A model generated the notes under the pieces. It worked only from the letters and a program-made list of their open reading frames with translations. It was not told the DNA's origin and did no database searches. Of a stretch of DNA of 64,000 nt, positions 9,821 through 22,962 are shown piece by piece. Both the position numbers and the translations under genes were made by a program. The stretch lies in the NCBI GenBank assembly GCA_051362555.1, contig CM120640.1:43998788-44062787 (forward strand), read 5' to 3'. Numbering within the stretch: the stretch's first letter is position 1; each line of letters starts with the position of its first letter. Origin of the DNA: Lingula anatina. Taxonomy: Eukaryota; Animalia; Brachiopoda.

Positions 9821-11690
9821 ATAGTGCCCCAGTATTCTAAACTACACAAATTTAAATTTTGGTGCTCTTTGAGTTCTCCATTGTAACAATTATAACTGTT
9901 GCCTGATCATTGACACCTAGTTCCCAAGTATCTTGGCTTAAAAATCTGAACTTTAATTTATAGATCATAGATCTGATATGAATGTGATGCTTTCTTAAGG
10001 ACAATATTTTATCCCCATTTTGAAATGATAAATGGTCAACTGAAAACCGTCTTATCAGTGAGAGTCACTATCAGAGTAAGAGTTTCTTAATGACTAACCA
10101 TGCAGAAATCTGGGCTAGTACCTGGGTTAAAATCTCAAGTTGAATTATTTTTTTCTTAGGCAACATTACTTATAAACTGTTATGTTTAAAAAAAAATATT
10201 GCTTACCCCATGGAAACCAAAAGAAACTTGTTGGCTAAAATTCCCATACTGCAATGTTTTGCTAACAAGCAAATCCAACATGATTTTTTTTCTTAATGTA
10301 CATGGATGAATGATGAATTTCACTGAATTCAGGTAAAGCATAAGACCAAAATGGAGGGAAACTAATTTCAGGAATAAATTTTTTTCAACCTCAAGACTTG
10401 TTGCTTCAGTTTAATGTGGACATAGTTGATTTTGTCTTAAAACATTTCACTTACATACAAAGCTACATCTAAGCCACTTGCACCAGTTATTTTAAATGAC
10501 TAAAATAAATGTGACATGAACCTCGATCACCAAGTTGGTTCTTTGTTCTACCAAAATATCTTTAAAACTTCAATTTTTTTTTTTTTTTTTTTTTTGTAAA
10601 TTGACCTATTTGTCCACATCCAGTTCATGAAAGTCCCATAAATGATGAACTACTGCATGGACATTGCATAATTATCTCTTACCTCCATATATGGATGTAT
10701 AGCTGTGAGTGCATAGTTCTTCAAATGAGACTGCTAGGGAATATTTATGGCACAATTAAGCAAAAAATATCCGTTAAGTCATTTTTTAAGCAATTGGTTT
10801 TTCTCTAAATAATACTATTCTAAACTATTATGGTGGTATTTGGTCAGGCTTACAAAAATTTGAAATTAAATGCATCATTAATGTCAAGAGAACCTAGAGT
10901 TCAGTAGTTGCATTAACTGCTAATGCCCCTATTCCACACCACCTAAACATTCCACAAACTGCCAGGATTTCATAAATTGTGAAAAATTGCAGTATGCATT
11001 TCGATGCACACTAAAATTGGGGCATAAGTTAGCTAATTACCTGCGCTATATTTAATGAACCTGCATATTTGGGACAATGAAAGCCAAAAGAATATATAAT
11101 TTCCTATGCAATTTTCATTGTGAATGAACCAATTTAGTCCCCAAATTGGTCATTGATAGGCTGACAGCTTGGCTGGGTAGGTCCACTCCTGAAAAGGTGA
11201 AATAATTTGTATGGTCTTGAGGACATCTATGTAACATTAGTGCAAGCCCAACATCCTCCTTGGAAGAAGTGGGCACTTCTTTTGATGAAGTTACATATGC
11301 AAATGAAAGACAAATGAATCTACATGGATAAATATTTTCTTTTATTGATTCACATAATTATGTATATATTTTTTTCTATTCAAATACAAAGTAATAATAT
11401 ACACTCCCAAGATAACTGGCCACAGTCCTATGATCACTTAACCTGTATTTAAAGTTCTATGGTTCAGATTTGACTATTTTCATTCAGTTATACAAATAGG
11501 CCTCTTCTTGTCATCTTCTATACCCGTCTGGAATCTTAAACCTTATAATCTCCCTGACTGACATTCCGTGAATTCCTGCTTGTGTTGCATGGGCATTGGA
11601 AAGAATCCAAGGCTTGAATGAAGTCATGAGATTGCAGTGCAGTTTGAGGACTTTTCAACAGTATTCATTGTTTTTCAACTTTTCACTTGG

Positions 11691-13023
11691 TTATCCAAAA
11701 ACCAACTTCAGGGCAATGGTCATAATATTTAGTCCTACCAATGGCACTGAAAAAGGGAAAGGCAATATTATACACATATTAAATGAATGTTTGTACCACC
11801 CTACAATAAGCCAGTGCTGGTGCATATCTCTACTGACCAGTGATTGAAATAACTCTCTGTATTCCTTAAGATTTTATTGGCTTGCCTGTTATAAAGTAAA
11901 ATATAATAGTTGCAATTAATGAGCATACATACAAGTACATATGATGAAGAACAAGGGGAAACACAGCTGAGAACTTCTCTGAAGGATTTCTGACGGGTTA
12001 TGTTTTCAATACCAAATAACCAGTTTAAAATTATATCCTTTTTTGTGTAATCAGGTGCCCAAATGATAAAACTAGTAAATGCAATCATTTAATAATAGGC
12101 AATGCATTTCAAAGTATTTGCAGTGAGCACAGCAAGAAATATCTAGTAATCAGTAGTACTCGAAAAGTAATAGACAGTTACAGTAAGTAATGACAGAGAG
12201 GGCTAATAAAAACCCCAGTTGTTTTCATAGTTTTAAATGGCATTTGTATAATGCTTCTGGAAGTTTCAAGATTATCCCAGAAGATTCTACAAGCTAAAGT
12301 GTCTGCAAACAGCGAAAACATCCTGAAAACTATTAGCTAAGAACTTAGTGTCATCATACCAAAATTTACTATGTTCTTAAAAGTTCTTCTGATTATCACA
12401 ACAGAATGAATAACCTGAGTCTTAACCGATAACTTGTGAGCACAAAAACATCTAACGCACTGGTATTCACCTACCTCTCATAACAGTTCGTATTGATTTT
12501 ATTAGACTGAGCAGCTGGGTTTTCATCCCTGCTTCTTCTCCAAACCCCCGTTGGTCAGAGTAAACTGAAAAGGACAACACAGTTGCTATACTTACATGTT
12601 ATAATGATACTCAAATTCCCACTCTAAGAACAGAAATGACCGGGCTTATGAAAAATAATAATACAGTAATTACCATATAATGCTAATAAAACACCATTTC
12701 AAAAATGTTCAAGTCGTTTGACATATGGAAAATTTATTTGGCGACGACAAAAGAAGCAATGACCTGCGAGTCAACGATAATGGCATTAATGCACATATGA
12801 TGATGACCATTTCAATGGCAGTGCTGTGCTGTGCTGTGCTGAGGACGTGGCCAGCTCAAGTTTTGACCAGTAGAAAAAAATCGTGCAGTAAGTTATGATC
12901 CCTCATTGAGTAACAATATCAATTATACTTACATTTTGATAAAAAACGTTCTTCATGGAGAATACATACAGCATTAAGGCATAATAGCATCGCCTCTAGG
13001 AGCGAGTATAAACCAAACGCCAT
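11691..13023 (-). CDS. IER3IP1: Immediate early response 3-interacting protein 1 (Yos1 family), 78 aa. Exons 13023-12933, 12564-12475, 11746-11691
   Basis: Spliced translation is MAFGLYSLLEAMLLCLNAVCILHEERFLSKFYSDQRGFGEEAGMKTQLLSLIKSIRTVMRVPLVGLNIMTIALKLVFG*. It matches the Yos1/IER3IP1 pattern (LHEERFL, GFGEE, IRTVMRVPL, terminal FG). GT-AG junctions, phases 1 and 1. Confidence 0.96.
12255..12287. promoter_or_regulatory. Heat-shock element: seven in-phase alternating nGAAn units
   Basis: TTC(12255) GAA(12260) TTC(12265) GAT(12270) TCC(12275) GAA(12280) TTC(12285). Five units are perfect and two have one mismatch, all at 5-bp spacing. Confidence 0.7.
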
Positions 13024-13614
13024 GTCTGCACTTCCCCTCTCGTCGGTAACCGGAAGTGACGAACTAGGTCAAATATTTCGAAGCACATTTTTTGTAATCT
13101 ACACCTCTCGAAAAAATTGAAAAAATTACTATTATATTGATTTTTAGGGAGAATTGTATCATGAAGTTGATAATAGTTGAGGGACATATTTTTATCATGG
13201 AGAATTATCTTCATGCAAAGTCAATTGTAGATTTTTCTAGACTCACCGACACTATTCTGGAATCTATAAATAGAACACTTTGTAAACAAACACATGTGGT
13301 CAATAAACTGATGCAAGCAAAGCGTTATTGTAAAGTGGCTGGTTTACATGCTGACGTGTCATTCATACAATAAACCCACGTAAGTGAAAAACAAAGTTCA
13401 CGTGTACATTTGAGTATATAAAGGCCGCGGGATACAAGATTGAACAGAACTTTCATCTTATTCACAGGAACACACTGAGCAAACGCAGACAGACATTTTG
13501 CAGATTTTCGTGAATCGTGGGACAACAGAAGCAGATAGCAGATATATTTGAAATCTGACTTTGACAGTACCTTTAAACCTGATATAGTGTAGACTGTACA
13601 ATAGAAACACCAAC
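13024..13614. promoter_or_regulatory. Divergent promoter region IER3IP1 / sHSP, with ETS motif CCGGAAGT near 13050 and TATA box TATATAAA at 13415-13422
   Basis: The two ATGs point apart, about 590 bp from each other. Motifs read directly from the sequence. Confidence 0.65.
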
Positions 13615-15090
13615 ATGAAGAACAGTTTGTTGTCAATTTTAGCGGTTGTTGGCATTTTGGCTGGATACAACACAGCCAACGCCTGGGGGTCACGGTTTTA
13701 TAGACCATCCGTCTTTGGGTAAGTATACTATACTGTCATATCTTTAACAGTTCAAGCAATTTTTTCAATATATTGAATTACAGTTGTTATTGTTATAGTC
13801 ATTATTTTTGTAAATAACCCTTGAAAGGTTTTCTTTTTCAAAAATAACTTACGTGAACTTGGATGTTTAAAAATACAACCTGTAATATTTCCTTTGTCAT
13901 TTTTTGTGCTTTTCTGATAAAATAAATTTTCTCAAAATCAAAATATGTATGCTATTAAACAAAGCAAAAATTATAAATACTTCCAACTAAACATTTTCAA
14001 AATCTTTCCTTTAAGGTGGCAAGACCCTTTTGACAGAGTATCAGTATTTGACTGGGACTGGCCGCATGCATCTTGGCACCAGAACTTTGAGGACCTTTTT
14101 GAGGACCACTTTGCACCATTTCAGATTTGGACCCCAAGATGGAGGGATCCCTGGAACCCACATGAACCTCCACGCTTTGAAAGACGCTGTACTCAAAACA
14201 AAAGGGAAGATCCAGAAATTGATCAAAATGCAGTAGAAGAACCACAATGGAATTCACCCAAGAGTAAGTACAATCAACATTATGAGGAAGGCAGAGACGC
14301 TCTGGCAAATGACAGCAAGAAACAGGCTAGACTCAAAAAGTTTGAATCTGAACAAAGAAGAATTAATGAAGAAAAAAGGCAACAGGAACGTTTACGTGAA
14401 CTTAACTTTCAAAAAGAAGAAGCAGCAAAGCTAAAACGTCAAAAAGAACTTCAGCGTCTGAGAGAAGAGGAACTTCGGGGCATGCAAGAAGAAAATGCAA
14501 ACTATATGCACAACCAAGAGCAACATCATAGACAGCATGTATTGAAGTCCAGAAATAAAAACAGCCATAGACATTTACAACAGAACCAACCAAAGCCCAG
14601 AAGTCTCAGTAAAAAAGAATCCCAACTTTATGCATTATATGTAGAAGGTTATGACCCTGATGATATTACCATAGAGACCCGAGGAAGGAGTCTGCACATC
14701 TCTGGGCATCATAAATGTTCATGTGATGAAAACTGTTTTGAAAGAACCTTTGAGAAAGTTTTTAATTTACCAGACAATGTTGACTTAACAAGTTTAATTG
14801 CCACATTAGACAAAGATCATGTACTTAAAGTGAAAGGCAGGACTTCTAACCATGTATTTGAATTAGTAGATTCTAGAGTAAGAGTTATAGGAATTGGTAT
14901 TCCTAAATCTAGCTCCACACCTTGTGCTCAGAGACAGACTGGATTCAAGAAACAAGTTCGAATTAATAAAAGGACTGGGCAGACCTTCGAGCCAGAACCA
15001 TATGAAATTGAAACATCATTTGACACTCAGCACTATCATGATTTTGAAAATGATGATGAGTCTACAATTGAAGTAGAGGAATATTATTAA
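13615..15090 (+). CDS. Small heat-shock (HSP20/alpha-crystallin domain) protein with predicted signal peptide and central charged coiled coil, 392 aa. Exons 13615-13718, 14016-15090
   Basis: Exon 1 is MKNSLLSILAVVGILAGYNTANAWGSRFYRPSVFG (caacATG start, gtaagt donor, phase 2). It joins exon 2 at WQDPFD. The alpha-crystallin domain reads LYVEGYDPDDITIETRGRSLHISGHH...FERTFEKVFNLPDNVDLTSLIATLDKDHVLKVKG. TATA upstream, AATAAA at 15212-15217. Confidence 0.88.
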
Positions 15091-15699
15091 CACAGCATTA
15101 AGACTGCCACAAAACTTGCGTCTGTGATATAAGACAATTGAACATTAACAGTTGTGTGTTTTGTTTTTTAATTGAATTTTGCAATTTGATATTGTGGTTT
15201 TAATTTTTTGAAATAAAGTTGGGTGTAATTTGCACAAAACTTTGTCCTTCTTTGCTTTAGTTTGCATTGCAAATTGAAAATAAAAGTCGTGCACAAAATA
15301 AATGTTTACATGTTATAAGCTCTAAACAGCAGCTTTGTATAAATAAGGAGTTAGCAGCAGCATGAAACAGCACACGGGTTAATGTCTTTTTAAAATGATA
15401 AACAAATACAACATTAGTACATGTAGTACAAATACAAGAAAATTAATTTTCCAGTTAAGGCACATTTTTACATTGGTTCAATTTCTGGAGAGGGTCCAGG
15501 ACTTCACAACACACAGGGGAGCCTTAATTCTTTAACTGAACTAATGTTCAGAATAAAATATTATTACTTGCAGCCTAACAGCAAAAATAACATGTTTGTT
15601 TTGTACTGGGTCTAGTGTCATTCTACACGGTAAAACCTAAAACTCGCACATTTTACGTGCATTTGAAGTGTATTTACTGAAGCAACCATTACGTGTTAT

Positions 15700-16005
15700 T
15701 GGTACACAGGAAGTTTCGTTATAAGATCCTTGTAACGGTACCCCCTTGATGAATAACGTACATAACTGTGGGGTATTTTATTCTCGAATCCGAGTCACTG
15801 CCCTCAGGGCTCTTGAGGGGATCCCCGAGAAAAGGGAATTCCCAAATGACGTCATCTTGTATCCAACCAATCACCAGTCAAATACGAATATGCCGCCATT
15901 TTTAGCCTGGAAGCTAAGATGAGTGAAGATCTCTACGTTATCCGTCATGTATCACACATGGTAGCAAAATTTTGGGTATTGTAGATTTGATGATTTACTA
16001 GCAAA
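15700..16005 (+). promoter_or_regulatory. TUBGCP4 proximal promoter with CRE (TGACGTCA near 15847), CCAAT (near 15868) and YY1-type GCCGCCATTTT (near 15892)
   Basis: Motifs typical of housekeeping promoters cluster in a CpG-containing stretch just upstream of the ATG. Confidence 0.55.
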
Positions 16006-19000
16006 ATGCTGCATGAACTTCTCCTTGCATTAAGTGGATATCCAGGAAGTGTATTTGTCCAAACAGAGAACGGTGAAATCAAGGTAACTAAATAAAATGA
16101 CTAACGAGTAACATTAACTAGTAGATCTACTACCACTACTCAGTACTTCTACTGCTACTGTTACTATTACTAGTATTGTTAATACGTTAGTACTAGTAGT
16201 AGATTTCTAGTGCATATTATTCATCTCCATGAACTACAATATAGATGGATTATGCTGTTTAACATGCATTTAACAACAGTCTTATTTCTTTGTTAATTAT
16301 TTCATTTTTTTCCTAAATGGAACAATGATTTAAACATGCGTAAATGTAGTCTGTTATCACAGATAATTCTTGAGTTTATCCTAATTATGTTTTTACTGAT
16401 ATACTCGTGGACTCATCATTTGCATTTCATCTGTTTATTTTATACAATACATACAGTACTGTACCACTTAATTTTTGTAAAAGGTTATTAATGATATTTT
16501 ATTTTGAAATCTGCAGGTTGTACCTAATTTGCCTTTTATCCATCCCACTGAGGAGGCATTGTTGAATAGACTATGTAAACTTGGCACATACTACTGTAGG
16601 TTCCAGGATTTTATCCAGAACCATGGACCACATTCTGTGCTGCTCAGAAATTCAGGTATTCATGATTTATGATGTTTGTGTTTCATGGTATCAATTCTAT
16701 CTTTCATGAATGCACTCCTACATCTTTGGTAATAATAGATTTTTATTGTAATAGGTAATATAAGATTTAGTTGTGCACATGACCTATGACATTGTTCTCT
16801 CAAATTAAAATGTATGACAAGGAGTTGTAGTCAAAGTTTATTGCATGTTGAAAATGTGGCCATATATGGTTGTGTTAAAGTGTATTTGTCCTTGCCTGCC
16901 TTGCCCAAGTTGCCAACTGTGTTTATTGTTACATTATTTACTCTCAGATCTCTAGCACCTCACTTAGTAGTATTTAAGTATTTTCAAATTTTTTTCACTA
17001 TTTCTCATTTTTGTAATGAAATAATTGCAAGTAAATTATACATTTGACATAAACCCAATGATCTCTATTATAGTTGTGGATTTTCTTTTTTTTTTAACAT
17101 GCACGAAATATTGTGTTAAGACATGTATTTGATCAATTTTGTTTGAATTTGTTATTATATTTATTTATTACTTTTAGGCAATGTCAGCAATTTATCCATT
17201 CAACAAGGCTTGTATATTAGAGCATTCTGTAGTGGGCTAGACCAAGTACTCACTCCATATAGACAAGCACTGCTGCAGTTGGAGAGAGATATTTTGGCAG
17301 ATTCTCATCTGCCTGTGACCCATGTTCAGTGTGCTCTTGAAGAGGTATATAGCATATATTAAAACGCTCCAAACAGAAGAAGTGTTGTTTTAATGGTATT
17401 TAAGTTTGATAGTGAAGACAGCAGTTTTGTAAATAGCTTATCATGCTGTAAGAAATGGTGTCATAGGTAAAAGTGACATTATTTCATCTATTTCATATAA
17501 AACTATCATGAGGTCATTTTACAAAATTGTTTTTACCTCAGAGCAGAGCTGTCTTATGTGTGTGAAGTTACCAACCTTATTGTATTATTGAAGAAAAGCA
17601 GATTCTGGCACAGTCATTTATATATAATTTTTTATATAATTTTTTTTTTTTGAAAAATTTCACCTTCTGAATACATGGTGACCATGCCTTCTTTTCTCTT
17701 CAAGTTTCAGCTACTGTTCCCAGCTTTATTAGGGATTATAGACCAGTTGCTTCAACACAGAGCTCATGGGTGTCAAATTTTGGAGATATTGCACAAGAAT
17801 GCATCCACTGGTGTGCCCAAAGTCAAGGCAGCCTTAAATCAGTGAGTTAGTTTTGTTGAGCAACAGTAATGAAAATATGAATGAATTGAATGGGTGCTGT
17901 ACCAGTCATCATATGAGAATATACATTTTTCATTTTGTTTTTTTGATGAATCAGAACAAAAGTTCTCTTTAAAAAAAACATTGTATTTTAGTTATTGGTC
18001 ATATGTTTTTAATATTCCAAACCCCCTTTTCTTTTTAACATTTATTTTTACGTTACATTTCCTCAAATTTTAGAATCCTGCATGTGTGTCATGGAGTTTT
18101 CTACAAGCAATTGTCTGCCTGGATGCTACATGGTCTTCTACTGGATCAGCATGAGGAGTTCTTCATTACCAAGGCCTCTAAGGAACCCAGTAAGAGTCAG
18201 AGATCAGTAGAAGATGATGACTTGGGGATAGCAGGAGTCACAGGGAGACAGTTACAGCAGATTATGGTAAATGTTGTAAAGTTGATTTTAGTGTACATAA
18301 GTTTAAACAATTTGAGATATTACTTGTATGCAATAAAATTGTTAGTTACCTTAAAATAACTTTTGATTAGCATCAGATCAGTACCAGGTGCTTTGTTGTA
18401 TTGAAAAAAAAATTAATTTAAGATTCCACAATTTTTTTGTGGTTGAATATTTTATGTTTAGGAAAGTGAGATAAAAAATAGTTAAGATACTTGTTTGGTG
18501 GATGCTACAAATTGTTTTGTTCAAGTAATGAAGTTCATCATTAATTAATGTGTTGTCTTCCATAACAATGAGTTCAGAATCTTTAAAATAAATATTTAGA
18601 TGTATGCTCTATTTCTAGAGCTGTTTTATCAAGAAGTAATAAAAAATCTATTGACTCCTCTGCCAATCAGTTTTATTTATTTTTTTTTTAATAATTGCAG
18701 CAGTTAGCAGAAGATGATCTTGTGGCTCATTATGAACAGTTTACACTGCGAGCAGGAATGCTACTTTCATACATCCCAACAAGGGTAGCCAACAAGATTT
18801 TGTTTGTAGGGGAGTCTGTCTGCATGTTTTCCAGTGAAAACAAGAAGGGAGGAGTCATGTATAAAAGTATGTGTTGGTTTATATTATTCATTGTAAAATT
18901 ATAGAAATCAAAGGAATTTGAATTGGTTCTGTGCCCTGGTTTTTATGCTTGAGGTTTTGTGTTCAGCACATTAGTGTTTTCTTTGTTTTAACCAAATGGA

Positions 19001-22000
19001 ATTGATACACGGTTGTTGTTGTTGCCTTTTTGAAAAGCTGTTTTGTATGAGTTGAAGGATCTTGTAAAAAGGAGACCTTGTTAGTTTCTGATTACCTTAA
19101 TTTTGTTTTTAAGGGTCTGTATTGAAAAATAAGGAAGACTCATTTGCCAAAGAACTACAGGAACTAAGTCAAGAAGAGGAGTTTAGTTTGATGTCATTTG
19201 AGAATGTCATTGACAAAATAAGAGTGTGTGTTGCTGAGGTAAGGATGTAACTTCATATTCATGTAAGTCTAGTACATTAATGATTTTACCAACTCTCCCT
19301 TTTACTAACCCATATTCCTGGATTGTTATTTACAAGGTACTGCATGAAAGTAATGATTTGTATGGAGAACTCAACAGGACCAGGTCTCAACATAAATCGA
19401 AATATCTGTGATGTATTTCCTTACAGACATTGTGGAAACTGGTGGTTGAAGAGTCGGATCTGATTGGCCACTTACGCATTATCAAAGATTTTTATTTGCT
19501 TGGAAGGGGTGAGCTGTTCTTAGCCTTCATTGACCAGTCCAAAGGATTGCTTAATCCTCCACCAACAGGAACTACAGAACAAGGTATGTGTACATCTTAG
19601 ATGGTTCATGAGTGAATCCCTATTGGTTTATTTTTGTACTACCCAAACTGAATTTATAATTAGAAGACGACTAGGGTCTGTGCTTCTTGATCATTCCTAA
19701 TAATAGATTAATCACTGTGAAAAATATGATATTTCTATGGGGGAGACTTTGATGTAACAAAGAAGAAAAATAATTGACCATTGTTGTGGAAAATGTCTTG
19801 ATACATGTTTGGGTCAGAGGTCCGTAGAAATATTTCCATGCTACTTGAAGTATTGGCTTGGTAAAGAGTATCAATTCATTGCAGGTTAGTCTTAAAACTG
19901 ATTTCATCTTAAGTACAGTGAAAACTAATTTCCACCCTCACCTTTGCAGATGTAAACATGGCATTTCAGCATGCAGCAAGAAGCGTCCTGTTTGAAAATG
20001 AAGAAGTAATGCAGAGATTCAAATTAACTGTGGAGAACAAATCTGAAAAGTCTCAGACCAAAAGTGAGTTATTACTTACGGTACTAATAGTTGAAAAATG
20101 TGTGTAAATAGGAACCAGTTTTTTATGAAAAGGTTTGTATTTTGTCTACGAGGTAATTAATTATTTCAATTAAGGTTTAAGTTGTCATTTAGTAAAAATA
20201 AATTAACGTTAATATCATACATACTTTTTTCCTTTGATACATGAATATAATTTTATGATGACATGCTAATTATCTTGTGCATATCCATACAGAGACTGGC
20301 CTTGCAGAAACAGTTCAGAGTGCAGAACCAGGTTGGAATGTTTTAGGTTTGGAGTATTCTGTGGAGTGGCCTCTACACCTCCTGACTACAGAGAGTTGCT
20401 TGGAAAAGTAAGATATTGTGATCTGTTGCTCCATAGAGCACAAATAGCACCAACTTGCATCATCAAATGACAAATTCATTAAGTTTTTCTGATAACTAGT
20501 TTGTGAAAGCCTAAAAAACTGTTTTGAATCTGAGTAATTGCCTAGGAAATTAAAAATTTTTCTGTCTTGATCCAAAAGAAGATTGTGTTTCTTAATTTAG
20601 TTTTAAAATTTAATATCAGTTCCCAGTTAAAGGGTGGTATTTTAATAGAATTCTTTGTTTTACAAATGTATTCATTAATTTGTGAAAAGGTATGTCAGGT
20701 TAGAGTTTCTACACAAGACAAATCTAAAAGAAGCTTATGGTGAGAAGCTATTCAAAATATAGTAATCAGGTAATTCTTCTTTCAGATATAACCAGTTATT
20801 CAGTTTTCTATTGTTGGTGAAACGAGTAGAGCTAGACCTGCAGCACTGCTGGATGCTGCATATGAACCATTTTAAACAGCAGGAAATGCTTGAAAATGAG
20901 AGGCAAATGTGGAACCTACGCATGCACATGTCTTTCTTAGTGGATAATCTACAATATTATTTACAGGTGGGTCTTGGTAAACATTTCTGTTAAATATGAT
21001 ATTCAAGAAGGACTATTTCCAAGTTCTTGTGCAGGTTTAAATATTCCTTAAAGAAGGTACTTTTTGAATGGTTCCATAAAACACCTTAACTACCTTGGTG
21101 AGTGTTTCATACAGCTTCTCTGCTGACTGATTACATCTGAGGCTCAAGTAGATGCATTGGACAGGTATAATTACTGAGCCTACTGGTTCCTGTTGTCTTG
21201 GGCTTCTTTTATCAGGAAATGCATTGACATAGATGATTGTTCAGTTCTGTTGATACAAGATCAGTCTTTATTAGAATTGCTAAATGACATTTGAATTACA
21301 AAACCCATTTTTGTACAAATGACACAAAAGTAATTGAATTTTTCTTTCAAAGTAAAATTGTGAAAATATCTCTCATCGTTTCAGGTTGATGTAATAGAGT
21401 CCCAGTTCAGTATACTATTGGAGAAGATCCATACCACAAGAGACTTTGAAGCCATTCGTCTTGCTCATGATCAGTTTATCACTTCACTGTTATCACAGTC
21501 ATTTTTGCTAATGAAAGGAGTGAGTTATTCATTTTTGTCATTGTATGTACAGTCACAGAGTAATGGCAGTGTTTATTGCCATCACCTGCATCAGTTGTGT
21601 TCATTAGTCCTTTGCAATTTTTGTTTTGCAATAATTGGGAAGCAATGTTATTGTTTTGTTTGAACTTATTACTTTAACATTTGTTTTGATTTTAAATAAC
21701 TTGTATGATATGTTGGTGTCCATTTCTTCAGAATATGTTTTATTGGCCAAGGATAATCAATATTCTCAAAATTTGAACTTTCTTTCCAATAATACATCTG
21801 TATTCTGAGTAGACCAGCTGCAGTCTCTAAGGGGGAGATGGAATATCTCCAACTAGACAAATTTGTATGTCCAGTAATAGTTTAAAAACTACTTTTATTT
21901 CACTGTAGGTCAGTCGTTGTCTGCACGAAATTCTGAATGGCTGCCATGCATTTTGTGTTCTGGTCAGTCATTCTCACACTGGGATGGATGAAAGACAAAC

Positions 22001-22962
22001 TGCAAAGCTTGAAGAAATAGCAAAGGTGGGCACACATTATCATTGCAATTTTTTATGTATTTAGAATAAGAGGTTTGCAAGTGGTATTATAGGAGACCCT
22101 TTGTAAAGGGTTTGCAGAAATTGAAATCTGCATGATAAATGTTATGCAATGCATGTATATAAATATTTATTTTTATATAGGAGAACATTTCCTTATTTTA
22201 GAATTTCCAACGTCAGTCCAAGCTCCTGTTCAGCATACTGTCCAGTGTAAAGAGTCATCAGGGGAGTCCACACCTGGCACAGCTGCTGCTTAGAATGGAC
22301 TACAATAAGTACTTCAGTATGGCTGGAGGGCAGTTGGGAAGGTAGATATTTAGTTGTTACCAAGTTTTTTCTTGGAAGTTCTAACATGACGTCATAAACC
22401 AATCATAACAATATAACCTAATAAAACTTGGATATGTTAAATGGAAACACAAGATCGGTGTTTTCAGGATTATGTTATCTACGTTTTGTTTGTTCTTGTA
22501 ATGGAACAACACCGAAATAGAAATAATTTATAAAACAGTATCAAATCAGATCAATTTTTGTCCATTTTGATCACCTCAGGGATAGACAAGAGAAAATAGT
22601 ATTGTTGTCACTAGTGACAGTCTTAGAGTAGATCTTTGCCCGTAACAGTGTGCTTCACACCAAATTTAATGGCATCTTTGCTGTAGTATGCTATAAGTGG
22701 GTACCAGTAACATCAATACCCTTCTTTTCTCATTAGCACATTTGAAGTGGTCAAAGAGAATGGAAAATAACTGTGAATGGCCAGTAATTATCATTTTATT
22801 CATTTTTAGACCTCAAAAAGTGATGTTTTCCTTTTAGGAAGCGGCCCGATGAAATACATCAAATTTATTTTTTGGTGGGTTAAGCTACATTTTCCTTTTC
22901 ATTTTAGCTGTAATCCCATTGAAGCTCCCTCAGCAACTTTACCATCATCAAGTCGGAGGTGA
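16006..22962 (+). CDS. TUBGCP4: Gamma-tubulin complex component 4. Exons 16006-16083, 16517-16655, 17178-17344, 17705-17841, 18074-18266, 18701-18866, 19114-19238, 19427-19583, 19950-20063, 20293-20407, 20786-20966, 21385-21519, 21909-22025, 22202-22341; last exon uncertain (22908-22962 preferred)
   Basis: Starts MLHELLLALSGYPG. Contains FYKQLSAWMLHGLLLDQHEEFF, LLSYIPTRVANKILFVGESV, IKDFYLLGRGELF, LVDNLQYYLQVDVIESQF, TRDFEAIRLAHDQF and HLAQLLLRMDYNKYF. All intron phases are consistent; about 655-670 aa. Confidence 0.97.

Noticed and set aside
13945-14015. ORF-track N-terminus MYAIKQSKNY... of the 381-aa ORF
   Set aside because: Intronic read-through. The acceptor is at 14015 and the true start is most likely the signal-peptide exon at 13615.
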